The notes beneath the pieces are model-generated. The model saw nothing but the letters and a program-made list of their open reading frames with translations, made no database searches and was not told where the DNA came from. Made by a program: the position numbers and the translations under genes. From Octopus vulgaris (lineage: Eukaryota), in contig OX597822.1 in NCBI GenBank assembly GCA_951406725.2, positions 62,062,001 through 62,126,000 on the forward strand: a DNA stretch of 64,000 nt, read 5' to 3'. Below are positions 1 through 12,387 of the stretch, piece after piece. The first letter of the stretch is position 1, and the number at the start of each line of letters is the position of its first letter.

Positions 1-2120
1 AAAGGTGAAAGTGAGTCACCTTGAAAAATTCCACAGTTGATGTTTATATTTTCTGAGGCAAGTACTCCATTAGAGTGGTATAATTTGAGATTTGTATTCC
101 ACAACGACATATTGTGCTTCAGGAAGCTTGAAATCACAGGGGAAATTTTGAAGATGTCAGCGATCTCAAGATCCATGGATGCGGTATACTGTCGAAGGCC
201 TTTTTATAGTCAATCCATGCGGAGCTGAGATTTCTGCGCTTGTGACAGTTCTCAAGGATCATACGATTAATTAGCAGTTGATCTTTACATCCGTATGAGC
301 CTCGGCGGCACCCTTTTTGTTCAATGGGGAAAATATCGTTCTTCTCCATGAATGCATATGTTTTCTCCGCCAGGATAGATGTTAGGATTTTATACGTGGT
401 GGATAGACAGGTTATAGGCCGATAGTTTTTGGAAGGTTGGTTTCGTTATTCTTTGGGAGTAAGTAATACCACTTGCTAACCATTCAGGTGTTTTCTTTGG
501 GTCTCTCATAATTCCATTGAGCAGCTGAACTAGCTTACCGTGTGCGCATGGGAGCGATGCGACCAGAAATTCGGCACCCTATCTTTACCGGGGGATTTCC
601 AATTATGGGGATTTCGTGAGTGCCTTTCTTAGGTCTGCTATTGTGATGTCTTCCCATGCTTGTTGCTGTAAATTTTGGTAGGATCCTTCTGTTTGTATAA
701 TCCAGTCTGCATTTATGTTGTACGTCTTCTTGTCACTCCAAATCCTTTTCCAAAAGTTTTGAACTTCTTCCATGGGAGGAGGGTCTTTAACGGTTACTTT
801 CTCCTTCCCTATTTCTCTGTAGAATTTTTTGGCATTGTATGTGAACAGCTTATTTTGCTTGTAAAACTTGTTTCTCTTCTCAAATCTTCGTATTCTTTGG
901 GCTTTTGCTTGGACTTTTTGTTTCTTTTATTGATATCAGTTCTTCTCTTGGTAAGGATCCAAATTTTGTCTTCATCTTTCTTCCTGTTCTGGATCTTACA
1001 TCATTTCCACATATCAGTTCATTTGATATTGATATTTTCCCTCTCATAAATTCAATCTCTTTTTCAATTTTACTTCTCCGGGTTTGATTTCTTACCAGGT
1101 TTGGTTTTCTTTGTTTTTTCGGGGCATACAGCTGGTTTCAATTGCCCTAGCAGAAGCGTAAATAATTTCATTTAACTCAGTAAAATCAGGTTTTAATTCT
1201 CGTATTATTTTATTTGTTACATAGTTGCCAATTTGGATTTGTTTTTTATTTTGGTTTGTATTTGAGAGTTTATGAAGTGGTTCTCTATCATTCATACTTG
1301 TATGTCTTACAACTTCAAGCGTATTCAGGATTTTCTGCCTCATTTCTGCCATAGACTCTCTGTGTTCTTCAGCAAATGCGAGATCTTCACTTACTGTTGT
1401 TTTATCATTTTCCTGGCTATCTTTAACAGGTTCAATAGAATTTTTTGTATCTTCGGGCCTTTGCGTACTTTGGTCAGATGGCAGTCTTTCAATTAAACCT
1501 CGTGGCGGGCTATACTGTTCATCTGATTCTTCATTTCCTTTGTGTCTTATATTTATGTCATTTTCCGTTGCGTGCTTGATCGCGCTTATTTCACTGTCTG
1601 TGACTCTGTTATTTCTAAGGATATCCCTTCTCACATTTGCCAATTTGTTCTCGTCCAAATAGGGCCTACTGTCTTGATTCCGTGTTCTCCATATACTGTA
1701 AGAGTTTGCGGTGTGTCTCTCTTGAGATGGCCTACCTAATGCATAGTAATAAGCGTATATTACTTCTTTATACTCTTCTCGGGTCCATTTGTTCCGCTTA
1801 CATTTTTCTTTCTGTGGTGGTGAACTTGGAGGGCTCGAGTTGGGGGATTTCCCGTTCAAGTGACCATCCATGTCCGTATTCGGAGAAGAGTTTGTGCCAG
1901 TTGATGACTTTTCGATCCCAGGCTGGCTCTTCCCTGGGGACGCGCTTCCAGATTAACCATAGGACAAGCGATTTGGTATACTGATTTAGTTTTCCTTTTA
2001 GTTTCCAAAAACATTTTGGTGCTACGATAATGTTATCATTTTTGAGCTTTGATCGGCTCGTGGGGAGACGGCCATCATTGCCGTTACAATTATAATCGTA
2101 CCATTATAGCAGCCGTAGTC
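1..2120 (-). mobile_element. R4/Dong-like non-LTR retrotransposon, 5' portion, degenerate (runs off window start)
   Basis: Minus ORF 134-349 has RT motifs QKGCRRGSYGCKDQLLI and AWIDYKKAFDSIPH. ORF 1092-1871 (KWTREEYKEVIYAYYYA) resembles the R4-clade N-terminus. Frameshifts and stops lie between them; 5' end abuts TTA/ATC repeats. Confidence 0.85.
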
Positions 2121-2387
2121 GGCTTATTATTGTTATTATCATCACCATTATTATCACCACTATTACTATCATCATCACCATCACCATCATCATCATCAAT
2201 GATATTGTTTTATGTGTAGTCACAGCAGTATCTTATTTTTGTTATTTTTGTTTTTATCATTATCACCATCACAGTAGTGTCTGTCTGTCTCGTTGGCTGG
2301 CTGGCTGGCTGGCTGTCTTCAACGCCAGAATTCTTGCCTGTCAAATAATACTTTCATATTTGGTTAACATCTAAAGAACCGAGGTGT

Positions 2388-2760
2388 GGAGGCGCAATGG
2401 CCCAGTGGTTAGGGCAGCGGACTCGCGGTTTCGATTCCCAGACCGGGCGTTGTGAGTGTTTATTGAGCGAAAACACCTAAAAGCTCCACGAGGCTCCGGC
2501 AGGGGATGGTGGTGATCCCTGCTGTACTCTTTCACCACAACTTTCTCTCACTCTTACTTCCTGTTTCTGTTGTACCTGTATTTCAAGGGGCCAGCCTTGT
2601 CACTCTCTGTGTCACGCTGAATATCCCCGAGAACTACGTTAAGAGTGCACGTGTCTGTGGAGTGCTCAGCCACTTACACGTTAATTTCACGAGCAGGCTG
2701 TTCCGTTGATTCGGATCAACCGGAACCCTCATCGTCGTAACCGACGGAGTGCTTCCAAAT
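2388..2760 (+). mobile_element. tRNA-derived SINE, family A
   Basis: Head ggaggcgcaatggcccagtggttagggc...ggtttcgattcc (A/B-box-like); partial inverted copy at about 18852-19106. Confidence 0.75.
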
Positions 2761-3574
2761 CCAAAGAGCCGAGGTAAGGTTTGTGTTGGCTGAACTCTGT
2801 GAGTGTGTGTGTGTGTGTGTGTGTGTACGTGTGTGTAAGTAGATAGATAGATTATCAGCACTATTACTATCATTATCATCATCACCATCATCATCAGTGA
2901 TTTTTCCCCTTTTTTTTAGGTGGGGTCCTATCGGTCAAAAAAAGTTCAAATGCCTACTACTAGTACTAGCATTAAGAAAAATTACGGAAGGGCTGTTCTG
3001 TATTGTTTGTGAATAAAGAAGTTGTGTTCGACCAGAGAGAATCTTAGCATCACTATTTTTTTTTTCCATATGCGTTTGTGTTATTGCAATAAAAAGTGTT
3101 TGTATATTTCGTGTAAGGTAGTATTGTGGAGGTTGAAGTTGACTTTTCTAGAGATGTTTGTATGTCCAGTTAGAAGAACAGGTGTGTTTTTGCAATAAAA
3201 AGTATATGTTTACATTTATATTTGAATATTCAGGGAGGAAGCAAAGAAAAGTCAGATTTTCATAGAAAGTTTTAAGGTTTTGTGAGTCCACAAAAAGAAA
3301 AGCGTGATGTTTTTAGAGAGAAGAAAAAAAAAGGATGCTTACAGAGGCAATTGTGGGTGTATGTTTGAAAACTGTAGATATGTAAAATTGTAAATTTCTT
3401 AACTTATTTTGAAGAGAATTTTAAATACTCACAAGATATTGTAGATGTTCCAGTCTTTGACAGCTATTTTCCCCGTTGTCAAACTGGGTCATATTAGTGT
3501 TTCTATGGCTTTCGGCTACTTAATTGTCAGCGCTGTCAAGGCTGGCGCTCCACCTCCTTATTATTATTATTATT

Positions 3575-4103
3575 GAGTGAGAGAGCAGTGCATGCTATCA
3601 AAGTGACACTGGAGTAAAATTTACAAAGCCTGCCCGTCTGATAAGGGTACACCAGACACATGCATCACAACCATATGTGCATGACATGGTGATCTTATAT
3701 CAAGATAAACAGCGCATGGCCTTGCAGATGGAACCCAGTTAGAATTTTCTTTAGGTCTTGTAACCCATCCAGCTCAAAAGGTCCCTGAATAAGAGTTGTT
3801 TAAGGATGTTGAACGAAACACCCATGTTTCCAAAGGTGAATTATCCAAACCCTACAGAAGTCCTCTCAACACATAGCTATGATGCTCTCCTCCAGTACTT
3901 CTACACGTGATTAGAGATGCACATGTCGTCAACCACTAAGGGACATGCTCAACTGGTTATGGCCAAACAACTGACAAGCAAATCTGTGGTATTAAGCAGA
4001 ATATTTGCTGTAGCCCATCTTTCGTACCAAGACAAAACAATATACATGATAACACTTCCAATCAGTTAAGATCAGTAGCCATAAGAGCCACTGCCTGGTA
4101 TTT
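3575..4103. repeat. Non-coding interspersed repeat embedded in TTA/ATC microsatellite, possibly a LINE 3' UTR
   Basis: Complex sequence with sharp boundaries against (TTA)n on the left and (ATC)n on the right; no credible ORF. Confidence 0.35.
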
Positions 4104-4110
4104 ATCATCG

Positions 4111-4152
<42 letters not shown>

Positions 4153-4200
4153 CCATCATCATTACCGTCGTCGTCGCCGTTATTATTATTATTGTTATTA

Positions 4201-4240
<40 letters not shown>

Positions 4241-4468
4241 GGCAGCGGGATAACAGAACCGTTAGCACGCCAGGCAAAATGCTTAGCGGCATTCCTTCTG
4301 TTTTTATGTTCTGAGTTCGAATTTCGCCGATGTCCACATTACCTTTCATCCTTAGGGGTCGATAAATTAAGTACCTGTTACGCAGTCGGGTCGATGTAAC
4401 CGACTAGTCACCCCCACCAAATTTCAGGTCTTGGTGCATATAGTAGAAAGGATTATTATTATTATTAT

Positions 4469-4527
<59 letters not shown>

Positions 4528-4563
4528 TCATCATTATTATTATTATTGTTATTTTTATTATTA

Positions 4564-4660
<97 letters not shown>
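4104..4660. repeat. Compound trinucleotide microsatellites (ATC/TTA/TAG/TAA) with an embedded family B SINE at 4239-4452
   Basis: Directly visible; source of the poly-N/D/M/Y junk ORFs. Confidence 0.9.
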
Positions 4661-4661
<1 letters not shown>

Positions 4662-4855
4662 GGCGGTGAGTTGGCAGAATCGTTAGTACGCTGGATGAAA
4701 TGCTTAGCTGTATTTCGCCCGTCGCTACGTTCTGAGTTCAAATTCTGCCGAAGTCGAGTTTTATCTTTCATCCCTTCGGGGTCGATAAAATAAGTACCAG
4801 TGAAACACTGGGGTCTATGTAATCGACTCATCATCTCCCCACAAATTGCTGCCCT
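4660..4855 (+). mobile_element. SINE family B (aaggcggcgagctggcagaa... head)
   Basis: Shared core ttctgagttcaaattc...gcctttcatcc...taagtaccag also seen at about 4239, 5774, 14023, 26060, 26605 and 40330. Confidence 0.8.
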
Positions 4856-4866
4856 TATTATCATTT

Positions 4867-5761
4867 GAAGGCGCATGGCTCAGTGCTTAGAGCGTCGAGC
4901 TTACGATCGTGAGGTTGTGAGTTCGAATCCCGGACCGGGTTCGTGTTGTGTTCTTGAACAAGACACTTTATTTCACGTTGCTTCAGTTCACTCAACTGTA
5001 GAAATGAGTCATGACGTCACTAGTGCCAAGCTGTATCGGCCTTTGCCTTTCCCTTGGATAACATCTGTAGTGACGCTATACAACAGCGCGCGCGCGCAAC
5101 GCCCTTTTCTGATTCGCGCGTGTTTTCATCACCAAGAGGAAATATTGCTATCGTGGAATTAGCTGATTGGCTAGGAAAAGCGACCCTTAGAAAAGAGGCA
5201 AGGGAACGCAAAAACCTTGACGAGAGACAGCGTCCAGCAGAGACAGCAGAAGGCCTTTAATACAAGCAGACATATATTTCTCTCCGTCCAGCTTTGATAG
5301 CAGTCGGCCGAAGGTTTTTACCAAATTGTTGCGGACAACATCGTCTTCATATTCCGCGGCCATCTTTAACCCGTTCTGTTTTTAGCGGCTGAACATTGTA
5401 AATATTACAATCGATTAACTTTCAGCCTTGCGCGCCCAGAACCAAGGATATCAGATATACCACTGACCTCTCACCATAAAACAATAAAGTATATCTATTT
5501 TTACGTCTGCGTTTTGTGTTTCTTTGACTGGTAGAGTCTGGATATAAAAGCAACGGAAAGTGATTGCTTCTCGCACCCCCAAAAGGTCGGGAGAAGATAT
5601 TCACATTTCCTTTACACATCAGTGGTGTGGAGAGAGAGAGGAGACTAGTATGCATGGGCGTCTGCTGGTCTTCCATAAACAACCTTGCTCTGACTTGTGT
5701 CTAGGAGGGTAACTTTCTAGGTGCAATCCCATGGTCAGTCATGACCGAAGGGGGTCTCAGC
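4867..5761 (+). mobile_element. tRNA-derived SINE family E, interrupted by a solo LTR
   Basis: Head ggcgcatggctcagtgcttagagcg...gttcgaatcc. The uninterrupted inverted copy at 55083-55418 reads ggataacatcagtggtgtgg across the insertion point. Confidence 0.85.
5066..5616. mobile_element. Solo LTR (551 bp), probably Gypsy-type
   Basis: Begins TGTAG, ends TTACA; 4-bp TSD CATC at 5062-5065 and 5617-5620; internal AATAAA near 5483. Confidence 0.8.
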
Positions 5762-6527
5762 ATATCATTTGAGTAAGGCGGCGAGCTAGGAGAATTAGTA
5801 ACGCTTTGGACAAGATGCTTACTGTTATCACGTCCGGCATTAGATTTTGAGTTCGGCTTTGCCTATCTTTCCTTCAGGCTCAATAATTTAAGTACCAGCT
5901 GCGCACTGGAGTCAACCTGAATATCCGAGTTCCCCTTTCCAAGTATTGAGCTTATAGTAAAAAGGATTATTATTACTATTGTGAGGTTGGTGGTATTGAT
6001 AGTAGTGCTCATGGTGGTAGTGATGATGATGATGATGATGATGAAGAGAAGGTTTATGGCGTTGATGATAAAAGTTATGAAAGCATACATGATGCAAGGA
6101 AGGGAAAAGAGAAGGTAAGCGATGACGCCTTTGGTGCTAATAATGCTTGTGCTGCGGCTGCTGCTGCTGTTGCTGACAATGACGACAACGACGACGATGA
6201 TGACGACCACGATGATGATGACGACGACGACGATGTTGATGATGATAATGAGGACGACGGTGATGATAGACAGAAAACGAACAGAAACGAAGATGTGAAT
6301 GTTAGTCATTTAATAGAGAGGGATGGAGAATGCAATAAAGTGAGAGGTGAGGGCGAGAGAGGGAGGAGGGAGGGAGAGAGAGTGTGTGAGAGTGAGATGG
6401 AGAAAAGTAAAGAAAGAAGTGGTGGAAAAAAATTTCCAAAGAATGTTTGAATGAGCGAACGAGAGAAAAGTAATGTAGGTTGGTAGATGTGCGAAAGAAA
6501 CAAGGTGTGAAATAGGTGTGTGTATGC

Positions 6528-6580
<53 letters not shown>

Positions 6581-6583
<3 letters not shown>

Positions 6584-6945
6584 ATATATAAACGGCAGTT
6601 TGTCTGTGCGTGTTTCTGTGTGTCTGTTTTCTCGTACCCTCACCCGACCACGGCTTTCAACCGATTCTGATGAAACTTGACACACGCATAGCCCAATGTC
6701 ATAATTCAAAACTAACGCAGCGAAAATTTTGAAAAGTTCCCCCAGTTCTGAAAAAATCGATAAATTCGACATGGGGTCGAGAATAAAAAAACAAACCACA
6801 GACTGTCTAGGGGACGCAACTCAACCTTTTTTACTCTCAAAAACAATTTACCATAATTTTTTTCCATATTTTTTGGCTATAACTCTCTAAAGATGCTTTA
6901 TAGTTATTTCCCTTACAAACCTGAGCAACGCCGCGATACTGCTAG
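6581..6945 (+). mobile_element. Non-autonomous Helitron
   Basis: A|TC start, GC-rich subterminal stretch then CTAG|T end; the last ~60 bp are shared with the element at 60897-61290. Confidence 0.75.
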
Positions 6946-6957
6946 TATACATATAAT

Positions 6958-7018
<61 letters not shown>

Positions 7019-7122
7019 ATATATATAGATAGATAGATTGATAGATAGATAGAGAGAGAGAGAAAGAGAGACTAGGATTATAACCAAGAGCTAGCTAGTG
7101 AGCTATATGTGTATATATATGT

Positions 7123-7175
<53 letters not shown>

Positions 7176-7245
7176 CGGGAAGCTTTATGAAAATAGACAA
7201 ACGAACAATTGTATTAGTATGGCGCTCAGGAAATATAAATAAAAC

Positions 7246-7276
<31 letters not shown>

Positions 7277-8454
7277 TATATACATAAACGTATATGTATA
7301 TTAAATATATACATTAAGAGAGAGAAAGAGAGAGAGAAGAGAGAGGGAGATAAGATGAGAGTTAGGAAAAAGGAGAGTCATCGGGGAAGAGTGTAATCGT
7401 ATAAGCATGAACTAGACAGATGGATAGCCAGAAAGATAGACAAACATATTGCTAGATAGACATCGAGAGAGAGAGAGACAGACAGACAGAGAAAGAGACA
7501 GAGAGAGAAACAGAGAGAGAGGGGGAAGTGAGTGAGAAAAATTGAATAGCGGAAGGAAAAGAACGTAAAGTGCAAATTTCTATTTGATTAGACATGTCTC
7601 TTCATTTACTTAATATTCACAACGAACAAAATGAATATAGTTGTAGAAATTAGGTTCACTTCACAGTTTCAGTTTTATTTGTTGTAATTGTACTTTTAGC
7701 TGGTGGAAACTAGGCGGAGAACAACAACAGCACTACCAACAGTGTCAACAGCAGCAAAAACAATAACAACATCAAAAACACTAACGTTAATAAGATGGAG
7801 ACAAACAAAAACAGCCGTACAAACGTCTAATGGCGACGTGTAAGCTTCAACAAGCGTTCAAGTTCTTAATTTTGCCTTTCTGTTTCTTGCAGTTCTTTAA
7901 ATGTCTCAGTCGATAAGTAGTTAGAGAAATTACTTTAGTTTCACGTTCCAACGAAATCAGATTTGATCGGCTACATGACGGTAAAACCGAGTGTGAATCT
8001 ATTTTTAAAAGAATGGTCATTTATACTTGAGATTTAAAAAGACACATACACACACATGCACGCACACATATACACACTGAAGTGGAGAAATAATCGTCAA
8101 ACGGTGATTATTAACAGATACTTCTCTATCAAGATTTAGATCTAAATCCATCGGATAACTTAATAGTATATTGTAAGAGTGACCGAAACATACGCAGCTT
8201 AAGGATTCTGTATCAGAAATCAATGGATCGTGTGCCCAGTTGCGAAACCGACGAAAGAACATATGTGTGATCGCTCGAATGCTAAAAATAGTAGATGAAT
8301 TCTCCATTAATCATGCCCTATCATCTTAAATGGAAAGGAAGGACATGTTGTATAACATAGTTCCACATATAGTTCTAGATATAAAAATAAACAGATGAGA
8401 AAATCATTGTTAGAACACCTTTGACTATAGGTTTGCATAATTAGGGATGAACTC

Positions 8455-9440
8455 CGGTGAGTTTGGTTGAAAATTCCTGGGAAGTTCCGAGGATTTTCTA
8501 ACTTCCGGTAAGTTTGGTCGAAAAATTGCTAAGTTCCGACGAATTTCTAACTTCCGGAAAGTTTGGTCGAAACTGCCTGGGAAGTTCCGAGGATTTTCTC
8601 ACTTCCGGGAAAGTTGTTCGAAAACTTCCTGGGAAGTTCCGATGATGTTCTGACTTCCGGCAAATTTGGTCAAAAATTGCCTGGGAATATCCGATGATTT
8701 TCTAACTTCCGGCAAATTTGGTCGAAAACTTCCTGGGAAGTTCCGAGGCTTTTCTAATTTCCGGGAAGTTTGGTTGAAAACTGATTAGGAAGATCCGAGT
8801 ATATTCTAACTTCCGGTAAGTTTGGTCGAAAACAGCCCGGGAAATTCCCAGGATTTTCTGACTTCCGGGAAGTTTGGTAGAAAAATTCCTGGGAAGTTTC
8901 GAGGATTTTCTAACTTACGGAAAGTTTGGTCGAAAACAGCCTGGGAAGTTCCATGGACTTTCTAACATCCGGGAAATTTGGTCGAAAACTGCCTGGGAAG
9001 TTCCGGGTAAATTCGTCGAAAATTTCCTGGAAAGTTTCGAGGATTTTCTTACTTCCGAGAAGTTTGGTTGAAAATTACCTGGGAAGTTCCGAGTATTTTC
9101 TAACTTCCGGTAAATTTGGTCGAACACTTCCTGGGAACATCCGAGGATTTTCTAACTGCCTGAAAGTTTGGCCGAAAACTTCCTGGGAAATTCCGATGAT
9201 TTTCTAACTTCCGGGAAGTTTGGTCGAAAACTGCCTGGGAAGTTCCGGGGACTTTCTAACTTATGGGAAATTTGGTCGAAAACTACCTAGGAATTTCCGA
9301 AGATTTCTAACTTGATGGAATTTTGGTTGAAAACGTCCTGGCAAGTTCCGAGTATTTTCTCTCTTCCGGGAAGTTTGGTCGAAATCTGCCTTGGAAGTTC
9401 CGAGTATTTTATGACTTCCGGGTAGTTTGGTCGAAAACTG
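8455..9440. repeat. 52-bp tandem satellite; resumes at 10140-10335
   Basis: Unit gaagtttggtcgaaaacttcctgggaagttccgaggattttctaacttccgg; period 52 (tttgg at 8821 and 8873). Confidence 0.95.
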
Positions 9441-9444
9441 CTTA

Positions 9445-10135
9445 ACGGTTCGACAAACGTGATCGATAAATTGACTTAGCGGTTCGTCAAGCGAGATCGA
9501 TAAAATGACGTAGCGTTTCGCCAAACAGGTTCGATAAAATGATCTAGCCATTCGACAATCGTGATCGATAAAATGCCATAGCGGTTCGCCAAAGGAGATC
9601 GATAAAATGACGTAGCGCCTCGCCAAAGGATATCGATAATATGACGTTGCGGTCCGCCAAACAAGATAGATAAAATGACGTAGCGGTTCACCAAGCGATA
9701 TCGATAAAATGAAGTAGCGGTTCGCCAAACGAGATCGATAAAATGAAGTAGCGGTTCGCCAAACGAGACCGATAAACGGACGTAGCGGCTCGCCAAATAA
9801 GATCGATAAAATGACGTAGCGGTTCGCCAAACGGGTTCGATGAATGGTTTAGTAGTTCGACAAACGACATCGATAAAATGACATAGTGGTTCGCCAAACG
9901 GGTTCGATAAAATGACTTAGCGGCTCGCCAAACGAAATTGATAAAATGACGTGGCGGTTCGACATACGAGATCTATAAAATGACGTAGCGGCTCGCCAAA
10001 CGAGATCGATAAAATGACGTAGCGGTTTGCCAAAGGGTCAGATAAAATGATTTAGCGGTTCGACAAATGAGATAGATAAAACGACGTAGCGGTTCGACAA
10101 ACGAGATCGATAAAATGACTTAGCTGTTCGCCAAA
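9445..10135. repeat. 34-bp tandem satellite nested inside the 52-bp array
   Basis: Unit gttcgccaaacgagatcgataaaatgacgtagcg; period 34 (ttcgcc at 9721 and 9755). Confidence 0.95.
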
Positions 10136-10335
10136 TGATGAAAACTTCCTGGGAAGTTCCGAGGATTTTCTAACTTCTGGAAAGTTTTGTCGAAAACTTC
10201 CTAGGAAGTTCCGAGGATTTTCTCGCTTCCGGGAAATTCGGTCGAAAACTTCCTGGGAAGTTCTGATGATTGTCTAACTTCTGCGGGAAATTTGGTCGAA
10301 AACTGCCTGGGAAATTCCGAGAATTTTCTAACTTC

Positions 10336-10665
10336 ATTCCAGACATACCAAATGTCGTTAAATGCCAGACATTCTAGATATTCCTGACATTCCGGATATT
10401 CCAGACATTCAAGGCATTTAATGACATTGGAATATCAGGAATATCTGGAATGTCTCGTACGCCTGGAATGTCTGTGACATTCCTGACACTCCAGAAATTC
10501 CTGACATTTCTGACATTCCCGAAATCCTTTACATTCCAGACATTCCTAACATTCAAGATATTTCAAACATTCCTGGCATACGAGACATTCCTGACATTCG
10601 GCACATTTCCAGACATTCTTAACATTCCAAACATTCCTGACATCCCAGACATTTCTGAAGGTCCC
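10336..10665. repeat. 9-bp tandem repeat (ACATTCCWG) with a short inverted block
   Basis: acattccag/acattcctg units; inverted tggaatatc/tggaatgtc units at about 10428-10473. Confidence 0.9.
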
Positions 10666-10682
10666 AAGAAATTCCCCCGCTT

Positions 10683-11365
10683 TGGAATGTTCATCATTCC
10701 GTCCTCCCCTTCCCCTTCTCTGGAATGTTCAACATTCCCTTCTCCCCTTCCTCTCTCGAATCCCACTGTCTGGAATATTCAACATTCCTTCCTCCCCTTC
10801 CACTCTCAAATCCCCCTCTCTGGAATGTTCAACATTCCTTCTTCCCCTTCACTTCACAAATAACCCTCTCTGATATGTTCACCATTCGTTCCTCCCCTTC
10901 ACTTCTCAAATCCCCCTCTCTGGAATGTTCAACATTCCTTCTTCCCCTTCCCCTCCTAAATCCTCCTCTCTGGAATGTACATTCCTTCATCCCATTCTTC
11001 CCCTCTCAAATCCCTCTCTTTGGAATCTTCAACATTCCTTCCTCCTTTTCACTTCTCAAATCCCCCTCTCTAGAATGTTCAACATTCCTTCCTCCCCTTC
11101 ACCTCTCAAATCCTCCTCTCTGGAATGTTCAACATTCCTTCCTCCCCTTCACCTCTCAAATCCTCCTCTCTGGAATGTTCAACATTTCTTCCTCCCCTTC
11201 ACTTCTCAAATCCCCCTCTTTGAAATGTTCAGCATTCCTTCCTTGTCTTCCTCCCCTTCCCCTCTCAAATCCCCCTCTCTTGAATGTTCAATATTCCTTC
11301 CTCCCCTTCACCTATCAAATTCCCCTCTCTGGAATGTTCAACATTTCTTCCTCCCCTTCACCTTT
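10683..11365. repeat. 50-bp tandem satellite
   Basis: Unit tggaatgttcaacattccttcctccccttcacctctcaaatcctcctctc; starts at 10721, 10771, 10821, 11121, 11171. Confidence 0.95.
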
Positions 11366-11504
11366 AGAGAAGCAGAAAATTGGCGGGCGTTTTCTGCCTT
11401 CTCTCATCAATATCATCCTTGTTTCATCATTTACCTCATCAATGTATATGTCCAGCCCGCAAGTTACTCTTTGTAATGCCTTTATGGCAAATCTTAATGA
11501 AATA

Positions 11505-11832
11505 ATGTAGCTTGCTTACCAACCATATGGTTCCAGGTTCAGTCCCACTACATGACACCTTGGGCAAGTGTCTTCCACTATAGCCTCAGGCATTGTGAGT
11601 GGGTTTGATAGACGGAAACTGAAAGAAGCCCGTCATATGTATATGTGTCTGTGTCCCCCCACTATCGCTTGACAACCGATGCTGGTGTGTTTACATCCCC
11701 ATAACTTAGCAATTTGGCAAAAGAGACCGATAGAATATGCACTAGGCTTACAAAGAATAAGTCCTGAGGTTGATTCCTTTGACTAAAGGCAGAGCTCCAG
11801 CATGGCTGCAATCAAATGACTGAAACAAATAA
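11505..11832 (+). mobile_element. SINE family C (most abundant in window)
   Basis: Core ggcaccttgggcaagtgtcttctactatagcc...gagtggatttggtagacggaaactgaaagaagc and tail atgactgaaacaagtaaaag. Copies at about 16175, 17900(-), 21690, 27295, 27785, 30262-33133(-), 36573-38253(-), 53317, 57117, 58365(-). Confidence 0.85.
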
Positions 11833-12387
11833 AATTAAATTTAAAAATATGTGTGTGAGTGTATTTATGTAAATATATATATATATGGGTATATGTCTAT
11901 ATATATTTATATGAGGGTGGGGCTGAAAAGTTTCTGGCTTTAAGGGTATCACAATAGGCCTGGTTAGAGACCCAACCTTCCAAATTCTTTTACAGGTCTT
12001 AGAAAATTGAAGGACCACTGCAATGTGACTGAATCTGAGAGGCATAGCGATGCTAATAACCAGGTGTTACAGGGAAAAATTCAATTCAGCAATACTAAAT
12101 CAAATTTCACAATACATATATAAATAATTAAGAGGTATATTAAGTAATTCAATTAAAAGTGTAAGATATTATCTATAATAAATCATATAGAAAGATTTTA
12201 AATATATTTTAATAAATATTATTCTAAAAATCACTAAATTATATAATGTTTATTTAATTTAGTGATTTTTAGAATAATATTTATTATAATATATTTAAAT
12301 TCTTTCTATATGATTTTAGATATCTTTCAATATTAATTGAATTACTTAATATAGGTTTTATCTCTTAATTATTTACACATATATATA

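Noticed and set aside
2770-2925. Small intron (gag|gtaagg ... tttttttag|)
   Set aside because: Good consensus sites, but no coding frame or further exons were found; cannot be supported from sequence alone.
4870-4935. tRNA gene
   Set aside because: tRNA-like A/B boxes continue directly into a repeated SINE body; this is a SINE head.
5863-7575. Hydrophobic, poly-His and YI-repeat ORFs
   Set aside because: Translations of GAT, GA and TA microsatellites.
8874-11510. ORFs of 65-261 aa across the satellite block
   Set aside because: Products of tandem periodicity in several frames and on both strands; no splice or homology support.
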